From assembly GCA_963719195.1 (NCBI GenBank), contig CAVRBB010000009.1, positions 406,280-470,279 on the forward strand: a stretch of DNA of 64,000 nucleotides, read 5' to 3'. The notes beneath the pieces are model-generated. The model made no database searches. It was not told where the DNA came from and saw only the letters and a program-made list of their open reading frames with translations. The DNA comes from Bryobacterales bacterium (GTDB taxonomy: Bacteria > Acidobacteriota > Terriglobia > Bryobacterales > Bryobacteraceae). Shown piece after piece: positions 32,249 through 43,781 of this stretch. Within the stretch, counting starts at the first letter, position 1. Each line of letters starts with the position of its first letter. A program made the position numbers and the translations under genes.

Positions 32249-33439
32249 TCACTGAATGGCTTCAGGGGCCTTAGGTGTGCCTGTAGTGTGCCGCTCGTCC
32301 GCCGTGTCGGTTTTTGGGGTGTCCGGTGCGCCTTTGTGTGCCAGGTACTCGCCCAGGCGCCGCGCCGCGTCCTTCAGGTCCGATTCTGAAACGATGTTGT
32401 AGCGATCGAATACCGCCCTCGTCTTGTGGCCTGAGATCATCATCGCAACCCGCTCCGGGACGCCGGCCCGAATCAGATTCCGCACCCCGGTCCTGCGGAG
32501 GTCGTGAAAGAGCTTCGCCGGCTGTCCGTCCGCATCCACCAGTTTCGCCGCCTTACACGCCTTGGCCCACATTCCCTCAAAACGCTGGATCGGCTTACCA
32601 GCCCGTGAAAAGACCCAGGGACTTTCGGGAAAGTAGCGGTCGCGGGTTTCCCTCTGGATTTTGAGCACCTCGTACAGGTCCGACGCCAGCGGAATCGTCC
32701 GCCCTTCGTCGTTCTTGGTTTCGCCCGGCTCCAGCCGGACTACACGCTCCACCAGATCCACCTGTGGCCACTGAAGCGCCAGAATCTCACCCTTGCGGCA
32801 TCCGGTGTAATAGGCGAAGGTGACAACCGGCCGGATCTCTTCCGGCAGCTCGCGCCGCACGGCCAGAAACGCCTCATGCTCGAAAAATCCCTTGCGGACG
32901 TTGTTTTCGGCCAGCATGGGGAAGAACGGTACCGCACCCACCTTTGGCGGTGTGGCCTTCTTGCCGAGGTTGAAGGCACGCCGTAACAGCGCCAGTTCGC
33001 GGTTGATTGTGGCATTGGCTGCGGGCCCGTATTCGCGATGGTACTCCCCTTTTTCGCCGAATGTCCGGATGTGCGGTTGCTGTCGGCCGGCGATGTACTT
33101 CCGGATTTGATCCGTTCCGATCCTCGAGGCCTTCATGCTGCCGAAGTACGGCCGAAGGTGCACGCGCACGACGTCATCTACCCAGGACCAACTCTTGTCG
33201 TTGATCTTGTAGTCTGCGAGCAGGTCGTCCAGCAGAGCTCCCATCAAGGTGTGGCTCGCGCCGGCGTACGTCCCGAGGTCTTGTTCGCGCAGCTTGCCGT
33301 TGAGGTACGTCTGCGCATCTTTTTTCGTGCCGTGGACGATGTGCCCGTCATACTTGCGCTTGCCGGTCTGTGGCTCGCGTCCCACGTACATGCCCACCAG
33401 CCAAACGCGCTCGGCACGCCGAATGATTTGTCCAGCCAT
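32249..33439 (-). CDS. Tyrosine-type site-specific integrase
   Basis: C-terminal catalytic region HDLRRTGVRNLIRAGV...GHKTRAVFDRYN. It lies 38 nt from the 3' end of tRNA-Leu. Start taken at MAGQIIRR. Confidence 0.9.
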   Translation of the reverse strand: MAGQIIRRAERVWLVGMYVGREPQTGKRKYDGHIVHGTKKDAQTYLNGKLREQDLGTYAGASHTLMGALLDDLLADYKINDKSWSWVDDVVRVHLRPYFGSMKASRIGTDQIRKYIAGRQQPHIRTFGEKGEYHREYGPAANATINRELALLRRAFNLGKKATPPKVGAVPFFPMLAENNVRKGFFEHEAFLAVRRELPEEIRPVVTFAYYTGCRKGEILALQWPQVDLVERVVRLEPGETKNDEGRTIPLASDLYEVLKIQRETRDRYFPESPWVFSRAGKPIQRFEGMWAKACKAAKLVDADGQPAKLFHDLRRTGVRNLIRAGVPERVAMMISGHKTRAVFDRYNIVSESDLKDAARRLGEYLAHKGAPDTPKTDTADERHTTGTPKAPEAIQ

Positions 33440-33440
33440 A

Positions 33441-34290
33441 TTAATTCTCCTCTCGCTCGGCACGCACGGCCGAGAGACTCAAGTGCCGCAGTCCCTTGAT
33501 CTCAGGTGTGTCGGTCACATAGGGCCATCCGGCCAGCGCACGCGCCGCATGATACCGCCAGCGCGCGGGCGCGATTCCGCCCCATTGGTGGAGGTGGTAC
33601 AGCAAGTGCCCCGGATGCGGCGCCACGGTGAAATCGTAATCCGGCGCGACGCGGAAACGCTCCGCCTCTGCTAGCGGGAAGCGGACGAGCATTTCCCGTT
33701 GGCTTACAAAGCACTCAATCATCCGCGACTTGCGCTCACGTTCCTCTTGGCTGGGCGCAATGGGTATGCCTTCATCGCCAGCGAAGCACCCCGTTTCGAA
33801 CGCACCGCCCGGCCCCGCATGGTAGCCCGTGAACTCAAGGACTAATGGCCGCTCTGGAACCAACCGACATGCCGCGGCCACTGCGAACGCGCAGGTATCG
33901 TGATCGGAGTTGCCGCCCTCGTAGGCGTGCGTAAGAACCGTCCGCGGCCGCAGTTCGCGAATGACTTCGGCAACGCGCCGCGTTACTTCCGAACATGCAC
34001 AACGCGGTTTCTTCGTCCGGCAAATCGAGGCACCGCAAGCGCTCTTCTCCGATGCCCGCCAGGCGCATCGCATTCAGAAGCTCTTGCCGGCGGGCCAGGG
34101 CATACTCTTCGCGGGAGTCAAAGCCCATGTGCCGTACGTGGGGCGGATTCCGCGGTGCGCCATCGGTGAGGTGAACAATCACCGCATCCAAGCGCGGCAA
34201 GATGCCGCTGGCGCCGATAGTCTCATCGTCCGGGTGTGCAGCCACAATGAGCACAGGCCCCGCGGCCAGGGCCTCTTCAATGCTACTCAC
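33441..34290 (-). pseudogene. PIG-L/LmbE-family deacetylase, split by a frame change near 33990-34015
   Basis: The N-part holds VLIVAAHPDDETIGASG (frame of ORF 33835-34380). The C-part holds RPRTVLTHAYEGGNSDHD (ORF 33441-34073). The GTG start overlaps the stop of the upstream glycosyltransferase. Confidence 0.7.
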
Positions 34291-35310
34291 TGTTCGCCTC
34301 CGATCGCTGTAGCAGCCAGGTGAAAAACGAATCCGGCGCCATGAGATCCGCGCCCGGACAGGCGGCCTGGTAGGCTGCAAGCATGTTGGCGCTCAACACG
34401 TATAGAAGCGCCTTCTCGCCACACTTGGCTTGATGCTCCGCTGGCGTGCCTCTGGCAAAGAACAGGTCCGGCTCAAGGAAATCAAGCGCAACCCATTCTT
34501 TCGGCAATTCGAACCAACCCGCCGCGTGGCGCAAGATCCCGCTTAAAGGCACTCTGCCGATGGCAGCCCATCGGATCGGTCCGCCGGCGCGCAATTTGTC
34601 GCGAACGTAGCCGTAAAACGCAGCCGCTACAACACTGTCGCGTTTCGCGAACAGAGTCGGATTCGGCCAGAATATGCGATCGACATCGCGAGGCGCCGCA
34701 AAATCGTACTCTTGGATCTGATCGATAATCGGCTCAAGATCGCGTAGCACCACGGTATCGCTGTCCAACCACAGGCCGCCGAAGTGGTGGAGTAAAAACG
34801 CTCGAACATAGTCGCTCTTATGCACGACACCAAACTCTGCTAAGTCGATATCCCCGTCCGATCGCCGCGAATTTCGTCAAAGTCCGCAGCAGAGAGCAAA
34901 CGCACGTCGCGCGCATGCCGTCTTACGCTCTCGTGGCATGCCGCGATCCATTCCGGCCGCGGACCTTCCCAGTATTGCCAGACTGTGCGACAAATAGAGC
35001 CCGCCGGCGCGTGGACTTTCCGTTGCCGCGCAAGTTCCACGGCGCGAGCGTAGCTCGCTTCTTTCTCGCAGGCTTCAACGCGCGCATCTTTGAGTCCTTG
35101 CGCGCGAGTAGGCCACTTTTCCATAGTGCGGTCGAATAACTGGCGCGCAAGCTCCGATTGGCCGAACCCATCGAGAACCGCGGCCGCTTCGCCCGCAGCG
35201 GTGAGAAAATCGCCCACGTTGACATCGTCATCGAATTCCGCCGTCAGCGATTCGAGCAACACGCGCGCGTATGCCGCCCACGAGTCTGCAATGCTCGCAT
35301 CCTGTTGCAA
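34283..35310 (-). pseudogene. Glycosyltransferase with a DXD sugar-binding region (capsule-synthesis-type), split by a frame change near 34845-34866
   Basis: The upstream frame holds TVWQYWEGPRPEWIAACHESV. The downstream frame holds SDYVRAFLLHHFGGLWLDSDTVV. The frames meet at a cccc run. Confidence 0.65.
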
Positions 35311-35788
35311 AGCGCGGCTCGCGCTGGCAAGCTCGCAAACATGTTCTGCGCGTGGTTCGCCCTCGCAGCCTGAACGATTGGCTGTGGTTGAGCGGCCGGC
35401 GCCCGCGGAATGTGTGATCCAAGTTCCTGGCCGGTGAGGTCACGCCACAGTGCACGGAATTCGTCACCCCCATTCAATGGAAGTTGTGACATTTCCGAAT
35501 GTCCCACTTTTGGGGGTCAGTCCAAATTCTGGCAAGCGTAATGGAAAGCCGTTCAGAATCAACGCTGGCGCACACAACTTCTGTGTCATCCTACAGGGTG
35601 AGTCGGAGTCTGCCCGCCGCGGGTGCGCCGGGAATTGGCCCCGGCGCGAAGCGGCCCCGAAATGCACCCGGCGCGCCCGCAGCGCGTAGTCAGAGGAGCC
35701 CCCCGGCGCGAATCGCCCCGAAGCGCGCGAAGCCCGCCCGAAGCGCGTGGGCAGAGAAGCTTGCGCACGTATAATAGAAGGACACGCC

Positions 35789-37275
<1,487 letters not shown>

Positions 37276-37282
<7 letters not shown>

Positions 37283-37737
37283 ACGTTGGCGACCCCGCTC
37301 CTGACATTTACCTCGAAACCGAAACGGGCGATTCGTTCCGTCTGGCCGACCTCCGAGGCAGGCGCGTGGTGCTGTATTTCTATCCCAAGGCGGACACGCC
37401 GGGGTGCACTACCGAAGCCTGCGAGTTTCGCGACCACTTCGCGGAGTTTGCGGGAAAAAATGCTGTCATCGTGGGCATCTCGCCCGACAAGAGCGCCGCG
37501 CAGGCGAACTTTAAGACCAAGTACAGCCTTCCGTTCACGCTGCTGGCCGATCCGGCCAAAACCGCGGCCCACGATTACGGCGTGTGGAAGGAGAAGAATA
37601 TGTACGGCAGGAAGGTGATGGGCATCGAGCGCACTACCTTCGTCATCGGCCCGGACGGCCGTATAGAGAAGATCTACTCCAAGGTAAAAGCCGCCGGCCA
37701 CGCCGATGAGGTGCTGGCTGGGCTGGAAGCAGGGTAG
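37276..37737 (+). CDS. bcp: Thioredoxin-dependent thiol peroxidase (peroxiredoxin Q/Bcp)
   Basis: [19 protein letters not shown] active site. Overlaps the gatB end by 7 nt. Confidence 0.9.
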
Positions 37738-37770
37738 GCCCGCCCGCACCTTCGAGGCGCGCCTCACTGC

Positions 37771-38604
37771 TCACGTTCGCCGTTGACGTGCCGCTTCGCT
37801 CTCTTGTCCAAGCTCGGTCACCGGCAGCGGGATGATCTCGCCGTCCACACCACCGATCACAGCCGCTGTATGGGCAAAGGCCACGGGATCGCCGGTCACG
37901 AAGTGAACCACGCGGCCCTGGGCGAAACATCCTTGCGGCGGTGCGAAGGCCGCGCTTACCGCTTCGGCGGTCACCTCCGCGCTGTCCACCAGCCGGACAT
38001 CGTCCCCCACCGCGCGCTGGAAGGCTTCCCGCAACAGCGGATAGTGGGTGCAGCCGAGTATCAGGGTGTCTATCTGCGGCCGTGCGGCCAGGTAGTGCCG
38101 CACCAGCGTGTCCGCCTCCGGCGAGTCCGCAAGGCCCTCCTCCACCACGTGCACCAGCATGGGGCAGGCCTGCGCCCAGGCGCGCATCCCGCGCTCTTCC
38201 AGACGACGCTGATACGCTCCGCTTCCGATGGTGCCCTTGGTCCCGATCACCCCGATGTATCCCGCGCGTGTGACACGTGTCGCGGCTTCCACACCCGGGT
38301 CTATCACGCCCCACACGGGAACCGGGCAGCGCTCCACCAGCGTGGGCAGCGCCACCGCCGACGCGGTATTGCAGGCCACGATCAGCCCCTCGATACCCAG
38401 CCCGCAAAGGAAATCCGCGATACCCGCGGAGAATTCGACCACCATGTGCGGCGGCTTGCGGCCGTAGGGCACGCGGGCGGTGTCGCCCAGGTAAACGAAC
38501 TCGCGGTACGGCATGCGGCGCCGGAGCGCCTGCAACACGGTGAGCCCGCCCACTCCGGAATCGAATACTCCCAGGGCATGGCGAAGCGGCGGTCTGAGCG
38601 TCAT
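37771..38604 (-). CDS. murI: Glutamate racemase
   Basis: GVFDSGVGGLTVL, VACNTAS and LGCTHYPLL. Confidence 0.9.
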   Translation of the reverse strand: MTLRPPLRHALGVFDSGVGGLTVLQALRRRMPYREFVYLGDTARVPYGRKPPHMVVEFSAGIADFLCGLGIEGLIVACNTASAVALPTLVERCPVPVWGVIDPGVEAATRVTRAGYIGVIGTKGTIGSGAYQRRLEERGMRAWAQACPMLVHVVEEGLADSPEADTLVRHYLAARPQIDTLILGCTHYPLLREAFQRAVGDDVRLVDSAEVTAEAVSAAFAPPQGCFAQGRVVHFVTGDPVAFAHTAAVIGGVDGEIIPLPVTELGQESEAARQRRT

Positions 38605-38657
38605 GGCGGATTCCAGTGCACGCCGCGGGCCGTTTGCTGCGATAATCGAAATTCCAA

Positions 38658-38903
38658 ATGAAAGCTCGCGTCTTTGTTTCGCTGAAGTCCACGGTGCTGG
38701 ACCCCCAGGGGCAGACGGTCCGCTCGGCCCTCAACGGCCTCGGCTATCACAGCATTGAGAACGTGCGCCAGGGAAAGTTCTTCGACATCGCGATTGCGGG
38801 CGACGCCACCCTCGAGCAGGCGCGCAAGGACATCGAGACCATCGCGCACGAAGTGCTCGCCAACCCGGTGATTGAAGAGTACCGCGTGGAGTTCCTGGAC
38901 TAG
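38658..38903 (+). CDS. purS: Phosphoribosylformylglycinamidine synthase subunit PurS
   Basis: 81 aa: MKARVFVSLKSTVLDPQGQTV...NPVIEEYRVEFLD. Confidence 0.9.
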   Translation: MKARVFVSLKSTVLDPQGQTVRSALNGLGYHSIENVRQGKFFDIAIAGDATLEQARKDIETIAHEVLANPVIEEYRVEFLD

Positions 38904-38927
38904 CAGCAGCCCGAAGTAGAACCCCTC

Positions 38928-39013
38928 CGTGACTCCACTTGAGTCACGGCAATCTGGCAAGTGTATGACTTTAAAGGAGGGCACCTTCTCCCCGTGACTC
39001 CACTTGAGTCACG
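38928..39013. repeat. Two identical copies of a 21-nt hairpin element (CGTGACTC-cactt-GAGTCACG) 44 nt apart
   Basis: Copies at 38928-38948 and 38993-39013. Each has an 8-bp stem and a 5-nt loop. They lie just downstream of purS. Confidence 0.7.
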
Positions 39014-39115
39014 AGGGGTCTACCCCGGACGCTAGACTGTTCGCCTCCAACACAGCAACCGCCGGATTGTGCCGGTTCCAGTCACGGCGGGATAATAAGC
39101 TCTACGGTTTCACGA

Positions 39116-40888
39116 GTGTCTCAGGCATCCAAAGCCGGCATTCCGCAGACCGGGGTCCGGCAGCAACTCGAAAAGATCCTGGCTCATGATCTGTTCGCAC
39201 GCTCGGAGCGCATGGGGCGTTTTCTGCGCTTCGCCGTGGAGCAAACCCTGGCGGGCAAGGCGGATGAGCTCAAGGATTACCTGCTGGGGATCGAAGTCTT
39301 TGACCGCAAAGTGTCCTTCGATCCCCGCCTGGACCCCATCGTGCGCGTCGAGGCCCGCCGCCTCCGCTCCAAGCTCAAGGCCTACTACGAAAAAGACGGC
39401 CGCGGCGACCCCATCGTCATCGAATTCGCCACCGGCACGTACGCTCCGCGGTTCCACACCAACGCCGGCTTGCCTGCCGCGGCTCCCGCCGAGCCCGGCG
39501 TCGTCACCACCGTGGTGCTGCCGTTCGCCGATCTCAGCCTCGCGCCCGGAAACGAATACTTCGGCGACGGTCTCACCGAAGAACTCATCCACGCACTCAC
39601 CAAGGTCCCCGGGCTGCGGGTCGTGGCCTGGAACACGGCGGCGGTTCTGCGCGACCGGCAGCAGGACATCCCCGCCATCGGCCGCCAATTGAAGGTCGCC
39701 ACGGTCCTGACCGGCAGTGTGCGGATCGCCGGCGCCAGCCTACGCGTCCGCGCCCAGCTCATCGACAGCACCAGTGGCGTATACCTGTGGTCGGAGACGT
39801 TCGACCGGCAGATGCAGGACATCTTCGCCATCCAGGAGGAGATCGCCCGCGCCATCGTGCGCACCCTGCGCCTGCAACTCGCGGGGGGCCGGGAACCCGC
39901 GCTCGCCGCCCGCGGCCGCACCACGGTCGATTCCTACAACTGGTACCTGAAGGGCCGCCATCTCTGGCACAGCCGCGCGCCGGAGCTCCTGCTGCGCAGC
40001 GTCGAGTATTTCCAAAACGCCATCGCCGCCGACCCGGCTTCCGCGTTGGCGCACGCGGGACTCGCGGACGCCTACACCCTGCTCACCGACTACGGCATGA
40101 TCCGCCCTTCCGAAGGTGTGGCCCTGGCCAAGTCGGCGGCCGAACGCGCCATCGCGCTCGATCCCAACCTGGCGGAGCCGCACGCTTCGCTGGCCCTCAT
40201 TCGCGGTATCAATGAATGGAACTGGCCGGAGGCCGAGCGGCTGTATCACCGCTCCATCGCGTTGAACCCGGGCTACTCCACCGCGCGTCACTGGCTGGCG
40301 GTCGATCATTATGGGGTGCTCGGCAGATTCGCCGAGGCGCAGGCGCAGATCGAAATCGCCGTCGAGCTCGATCCGCTCTCCAACATCATCCTCGAAGGCC
40401 GGGCCTATATTCTCACCATGATGCGCCGCTACGACGAAGCGCTGGCGCGATTCCGCGAGATCCTGGCGTTTGACCCCTTGTTCTACAAGGCGCACACCTC
40501 TATGGGCCGGACCTACAGCCTGATGGGGCGTTACGACGAAGCTCTGGCCAGCCTCGAACGAGGCCGCGCGCTGGCTGGCGACGTCCCGAGCATTCTGGCG
40601 GCCCTCGCGCAGAACCATGCCCTCGCCGGCAACGAGGGCCGAGCCCGCGAGCTGCTTGCCGAGCTCGAGCAACTCTCCGCCACCCGGTACGTCGCGACCA
40701 CGTGCTTTGCGGTCGCGCACCTCGGTCTCGGGGAGAACAGCCGCGCCCTGGACTGGCTCGAGAAAGGGTGCGACTGCCGGGAGTCGCCCCTAAGTGCGCT
40801 CAAGGTCCACCCTTTGTACGATCCCTTGCGCGGCGAGCCTCGCTTTCAAAGGCTCCTGGAGCGCATCGGGTTCGATCCGGCAGGGTAG
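39116..40888 (+). CDS. TPR-repeat protein with an N-terminal regulator-like region and a TolB-N-like module
   Basis: LGIEVFDRKVSFDPRLDPIVRVEARRLRSKLKAYY, then VVLPFADLS...YFGDGLTEELI, then multiple TPR units. Confidence 0.75.
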   Translation: MSQASKAGIPQTGVRQQLEKILAHDLFARSERMGRFLRFAVEQTLAGKADELKDYLLGIEVFDRKVSFDPRLDPIVRVEARRLRSKLKAYYEKDGRGDPIVIEFATGTYAPRFHTNAGLPAAAPAEPGVVTTVVLPFADLSLAPGNEYFGDGLTEELIHALTKVPGLRVVAWNTAAVLRDRQQDIPAIGRQLKVATVLTGSVRIAGASLRVRAQLIDSTSGVYLWSETFDRQMQDIFAIQEEIARAIVRTLRLQLAGGREPALAARGRTTVDSYNWYLKGRHLWHSRAPELLLRSVEYFQNAIAADPASALAHAGLADAYTLLTDYGMIRPSEGVALAKSAAERAIALDPNLAEPHASLALIRGINEWNWPEAERLYHRSIALNPGYSTARHWLAVDHYGVLGRFAEAQAQIEIAVELDPLSNIILEGRAYILTMMRRYDEALARFREILAFDPLFYKAHTSMGRTYSLMGRYDEALASLERGRALAGDVPSILAALAQNHALAGNEGRARELLAELEQLSATRYVATTCFAVAHLGLGENSRALDWLEKGCDCRESPLSALKVHPLYDPLRGEPRFQRLLERIGFDPAG

Positions 40889-40900
40889 GCCCCGGCCTGC

Positions 40901-42022
40901 CTATTGGAGCCGCAGACTCGACAAAATGACCGCCGCTTCTTTCGGCCGCCGCGTTTCCCGCAGCAGGCACGCGCGGTTCCTCAGCGCACGCACCAGCCGC
41001 GGGTCCCCCGGTGGCAGCACGTTTTCGAGCGCGGCCAGCGTTGCCCGTCCCAGCTTGTCCGATTCGGTAAACCGCCGTTCGGCCCGCAGCACGTCCGCCA
41101 GCGCATTGCGCGCCACCAGCGTAACAACGTGATCTCTCCCGAATGTTTTTTCATAAATCGCCGCGGCCCGAGCATACAGAACCTCGGCGCCGGCTTCCCG
41201 TCCGCGCTCATGGTAGAAGGCTGCGAAATTGCTGAGCCCCTTCGCCAGGTCCGGATGCCACGGTCCCAGCGATTCCTCCCAGGTGTCGATCGCCTCCCGG
41301 TAGGCGCGCTCCGCCTCCAGGTAGCGGCCCTCGAAGCGGCAGGCCTGCGCCAGGTTATTCCAGGCGGCAGCCAGCGACTGATGACCCGCGGGCAGCGCCG
41401 CCCGCCCAAAATAGAGCGCTTTGCGCGCGAAGTCTTCGGCTTCGCCGTACTCGCCCCGGCCCATGGCCATCGTGGTCAGCAGGGTGTAGGCGGTCATCGC
41501 CTGCGCTCCGTCGGCGCCCTCCAGTGCCGCCATCACCACCGGTTCCGCATCCCCGAAGCGTTTCTGCTCCACGTATACCGAACCGAGGATCAGCCTCGCA
41601 TTCCCGCGCATCGGTTCCGGCGCAGTTTCCATGGCGCGCCGGGCCAACTCCCCGGCTCGCGTGAGATCCCCTTCGTCGCGATACAGCGCTGCCAGGCTGT
41701 AGCGGGCCCGCGCCATTTCCGCCGCGGTGCCGGCCGATTCCAGCTCGGCGAGCGCCTCCGTCAACCACTTCTCCGCCTCGCGATACCGGCCCTCGGCGCG
41801 CAGCAGAGCCCCCAGGCTGCACTTGTCGACAGCCCGGTTCCGCAGAGCGGCCGGTGCCCCATGCGCCCAGGCTTCCAGCGCTCTCCGGTACAGCGGCTCC
41901 GCCTCCGCATAACGCGCCTGCCCGTAAAGTTCGTCCGCCCGCCGGCTCAACTCCTCCGGCCTCTGGGACCCCGCGGCCGCCGCCCACGCGGCCGCCAGAA
42001 CAATCGGAATCACCTGCTTCAT
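40901..42022 (-). CDS. Secreted tetratricopeptide-repeat protein
   Basis: Signal peptide followed by about 7 TPR_10/12-like units (YxEAEPLYRRAL-type). Confidence 0.75.
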   Translation of the reverse strand: MKQVIPIVLAAAWAAAAGSQRPEELSRRADELYGQARYAEAEPLYRRALEAWAHGAPAALRNRAVDKCSLGALLRAEGRYREAEKWLTEALAELESAGTAAEMARARYSLAALYRDEGDLTRAGELARRAMETAPEPMRGNARLILGSVYVEQKRFGDAEPVVMAALEGADGAQAMTAYTLLTTMAMGRGEYGEAEDFARKALYFGRAALPAGHQSLAAAWNNLAQACRFEGRYLEAERAYREAIDTWEESLGPWHPDLAKGLSNFAAFYHERGREAGAEVLYARAAAIYEKTFGRDHVVTLVARNALADVLRAERRFTESDKLGRATLAALENVLPPGDPRLVRALRNRACLLRETRRPKEAAVILSSLRLQ

Positions 42023-42194
42023 GTATCCTCCACCTGTTCAGCATGAGGCGGGGAAGCCCCGGGACTGAAGTAGGAAGGGGTTAGCTTACGGTAAGGGTCC
42101 AGCGCAAGATCCGCACTACAGGCGGCTTAGGTCTGTACGGCCAGTTCGGCGTGGACTCGGTGACCGCGCGTAGCTTGAGCCGCCCGTGCCAGCG

Positions 42195-42600
42195 TCACAT
42201 CTCGTAAATCACCGGGTACACCAGCAGCTCCGGCAGGAACGAAGTGAAGATCCCGCCGATCATGAGTGCGCCAATACGCTTCATCACATCCGCGCCGGTG
42301 CCGGTAGCTCACAGGATCGGGACCAGCCCGATTGAAGGTCGTAGCCACGGTCATAAACTTGGGGCGGGTGCGCCGCGCCGCGACCATCACAATGGCCTCG
42401 TGCAGGTCTCCGCCACCGCGCGCTCGAACGCCAGGTCCAGGTACAGCAGCATGAACACACCCGTTTCGGCATCCACCCCCCTGAGCGCGATGCGCCCGAT
42501 CCACGCCGCCACGCTCGTGTTGTATCCCAGGAGCTACAGCCCCCAGAACGCGCCGACCTTAGAGAATGGCACGGCCAGCAGCACGGATGGTCGTTACCGG
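42195..42600 (-). pseudogene. C-terminal remnant of a CusA/CzcA-family RND efflux pump with stops and frame changes
   Basis: Hand translation gives ..GVDAETGVFMLLYLDLAFERA.. / ..KFMTVATTF.. / ..GTGADVMKRIGALMIGGIFTSFLPELLVYPVIYEM* across three frames. The remaining ~900 codons are absent. Confidence 0.6.
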
Positions 42601-42626
42601 AAGAGCCAGTCCTATTGTTGGAATGA

Positions 42627-43712
42627 GTGACAATGATCTCTGCCATGCTTCCTTCACATTTGTTACAGCCTCTCGACTGCCGTCGCCTCGTGCTGCGGAA
42701 CCGCATCGCAGTCTCCCCCATGTGCCAATACTCCAGCGTGGACGGATTCGCCTCCGACTGGCACCTCGTACATCTGGGCAGCCGTGCCGTGGGCGGTGCC
42801 GGCCTGGTCTTGATGGAAGCCACGGCCGTTGAGCCGCGCGGACGTATATCCCCTGCTGATACAGGCATTTGGAAGGACGATCAGGTGCCATCACTGGCCC
42901 GCATCGCACGTTTTCTGATCGAGCAGGGCGCCGCCGCCGGAATTCAACTCGCGCATGCCGGCCGCAAGGCCAGCACACATCCCCCGTTTTCGGGCGGCGG
43001 AACCATCCCGCCGGCTGGCGGCGGATGGCAGCCCGTCGCTCCCAGCCCGATTCCGTTTCGCGACGAAGACCTTCCGCCTGTGGAGTTGTCCAGGGTTGAA
43101 ATCAGCCACATCGTAGCCGCTTTCGTGGACGGTGCCCGCCGCGCGCTGGAAGCCGGTTTCCAGGTGGTCGAGATTCATGCGGCACATGGCTACCTCATCC
43201 ACCAGTTCCTCTCCCCGCTCAGCAATCACCGGACGGACCAATACGGTGGGCCGTTCGAGAACCGGGCTCGCTTCGCCATCGAGGTGATCGAGGCCGTGCG
43301 GCGCGTGTGGCCCGAGGGCCTGCCGCTTTTCCTGAGAATCTCCGCCACCGACTGGGTGGAGGGTGGTTGGACGATCGACGACTCCGTAGCACTCGCGCGC
43401 CGCGTCCGCGACCTCGGCGTCGACCTGATCGACTGTTCTTCCGGCGGCCTCTCCCCCCGGCAAAGCATTCCGCTCGCCCCCGGCTACCAGGTCCCTTTCG
43501 CCGAACGCATCCGCCGCGAGGCGTCAATCGCTACCGGCGCCGTCGGCATGATCACCACCCCGCAGCAAGCCGATCAGGTGATTCGCTCGGGACAGGCCGA
43601 CCTGGTGCTCCTCGCCCGCCAGTTTCTCCGCGACCCCTACTTCCCGCTGCACGCCGCCCAAGCCTTGGGCATCCAGCCGCAACCGCCGGTGCAATATCGC
43701 CGGGCGTTCTGA
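42627..43712 (+). CDS. namA: NADPH-dependent flavin oxidoreductase, Old Yellow Enzyme (YqjM/NamA-type)
   Basis: [44 protein letters not shown] and [17 protein letters not shown]. Confidence 0.9.
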   Translation: MTMISAMLPSHLLQPLDCRRLVLRNRIAVSPMCQYSSVDGFASDWHLVHLGSRAVGGAGLVLMEATAVEPRGRISPADTGIWKDDQVPSLARIARFLIEQGAAAGIQLAHAGRKASTHPPFSGGGTIPPAGGGWQPVAPSPIPFRDEDLPPVELSRVEISHIVAAFVDGARRALEAGFQVVEIHAAHGYLIHQFLSPLSNHRTDQYGGPFENRARFAIEVIEAVRRVWPEGLPLFLRISATDWVEGGWTIDDSVALARRVRDLGVDLIDCSSGGLSPRQSIPLAPGYQVPFAERIRREASIATGAVGMITTPQQADQVIRSGQADLVLLARQFLRDPYFPLHAAQALGIQPQPPVQYRRAF

Positions 43713-43726
43713 CCCCAGAAACAGAA

Positions 43727-43759
43727 ATCCCGCGCCGCCGGAGGAAAGCGGCGCGGGAT
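43727..43759 (-). terminator. Intrinsic terminator-like hairpin between convergent genes
   Basis: Perfect 12-bp stem ATCCCGCGCCGC / GCGGCGCGGGAT with a 9-nt loop. On the minus strand it is followed by TTCTGTTTCTG. Confidence 0.55.
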
Positions 43760-43781
43760 CCAGGCCCCAGATGCATCACCC

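Noticed and set aside
35770-35775. TATAAT hexamer before gatB, considered as a -10 box
   Set aside because: It ends 13 nt upstream of the ATG, with the probable SD (GAAGGA) in between, and there is no matching -35. That is too weak to call.
33464-35788. Search for an attR repeat of the tRNA-Leu 3' end to bound the integrase islet
   Set aside because: Visual scanning found no convincing copy of the last 15-25 nt of the tRNA, so the island boundary is left undefined.
38949-39030. Mini-ORFs starting at the GTG inside each purS-downstream hairpin (13 and 22 codons)
   Set aside because: They arise from the repeat sequence itself, and there is no independent support for translation.
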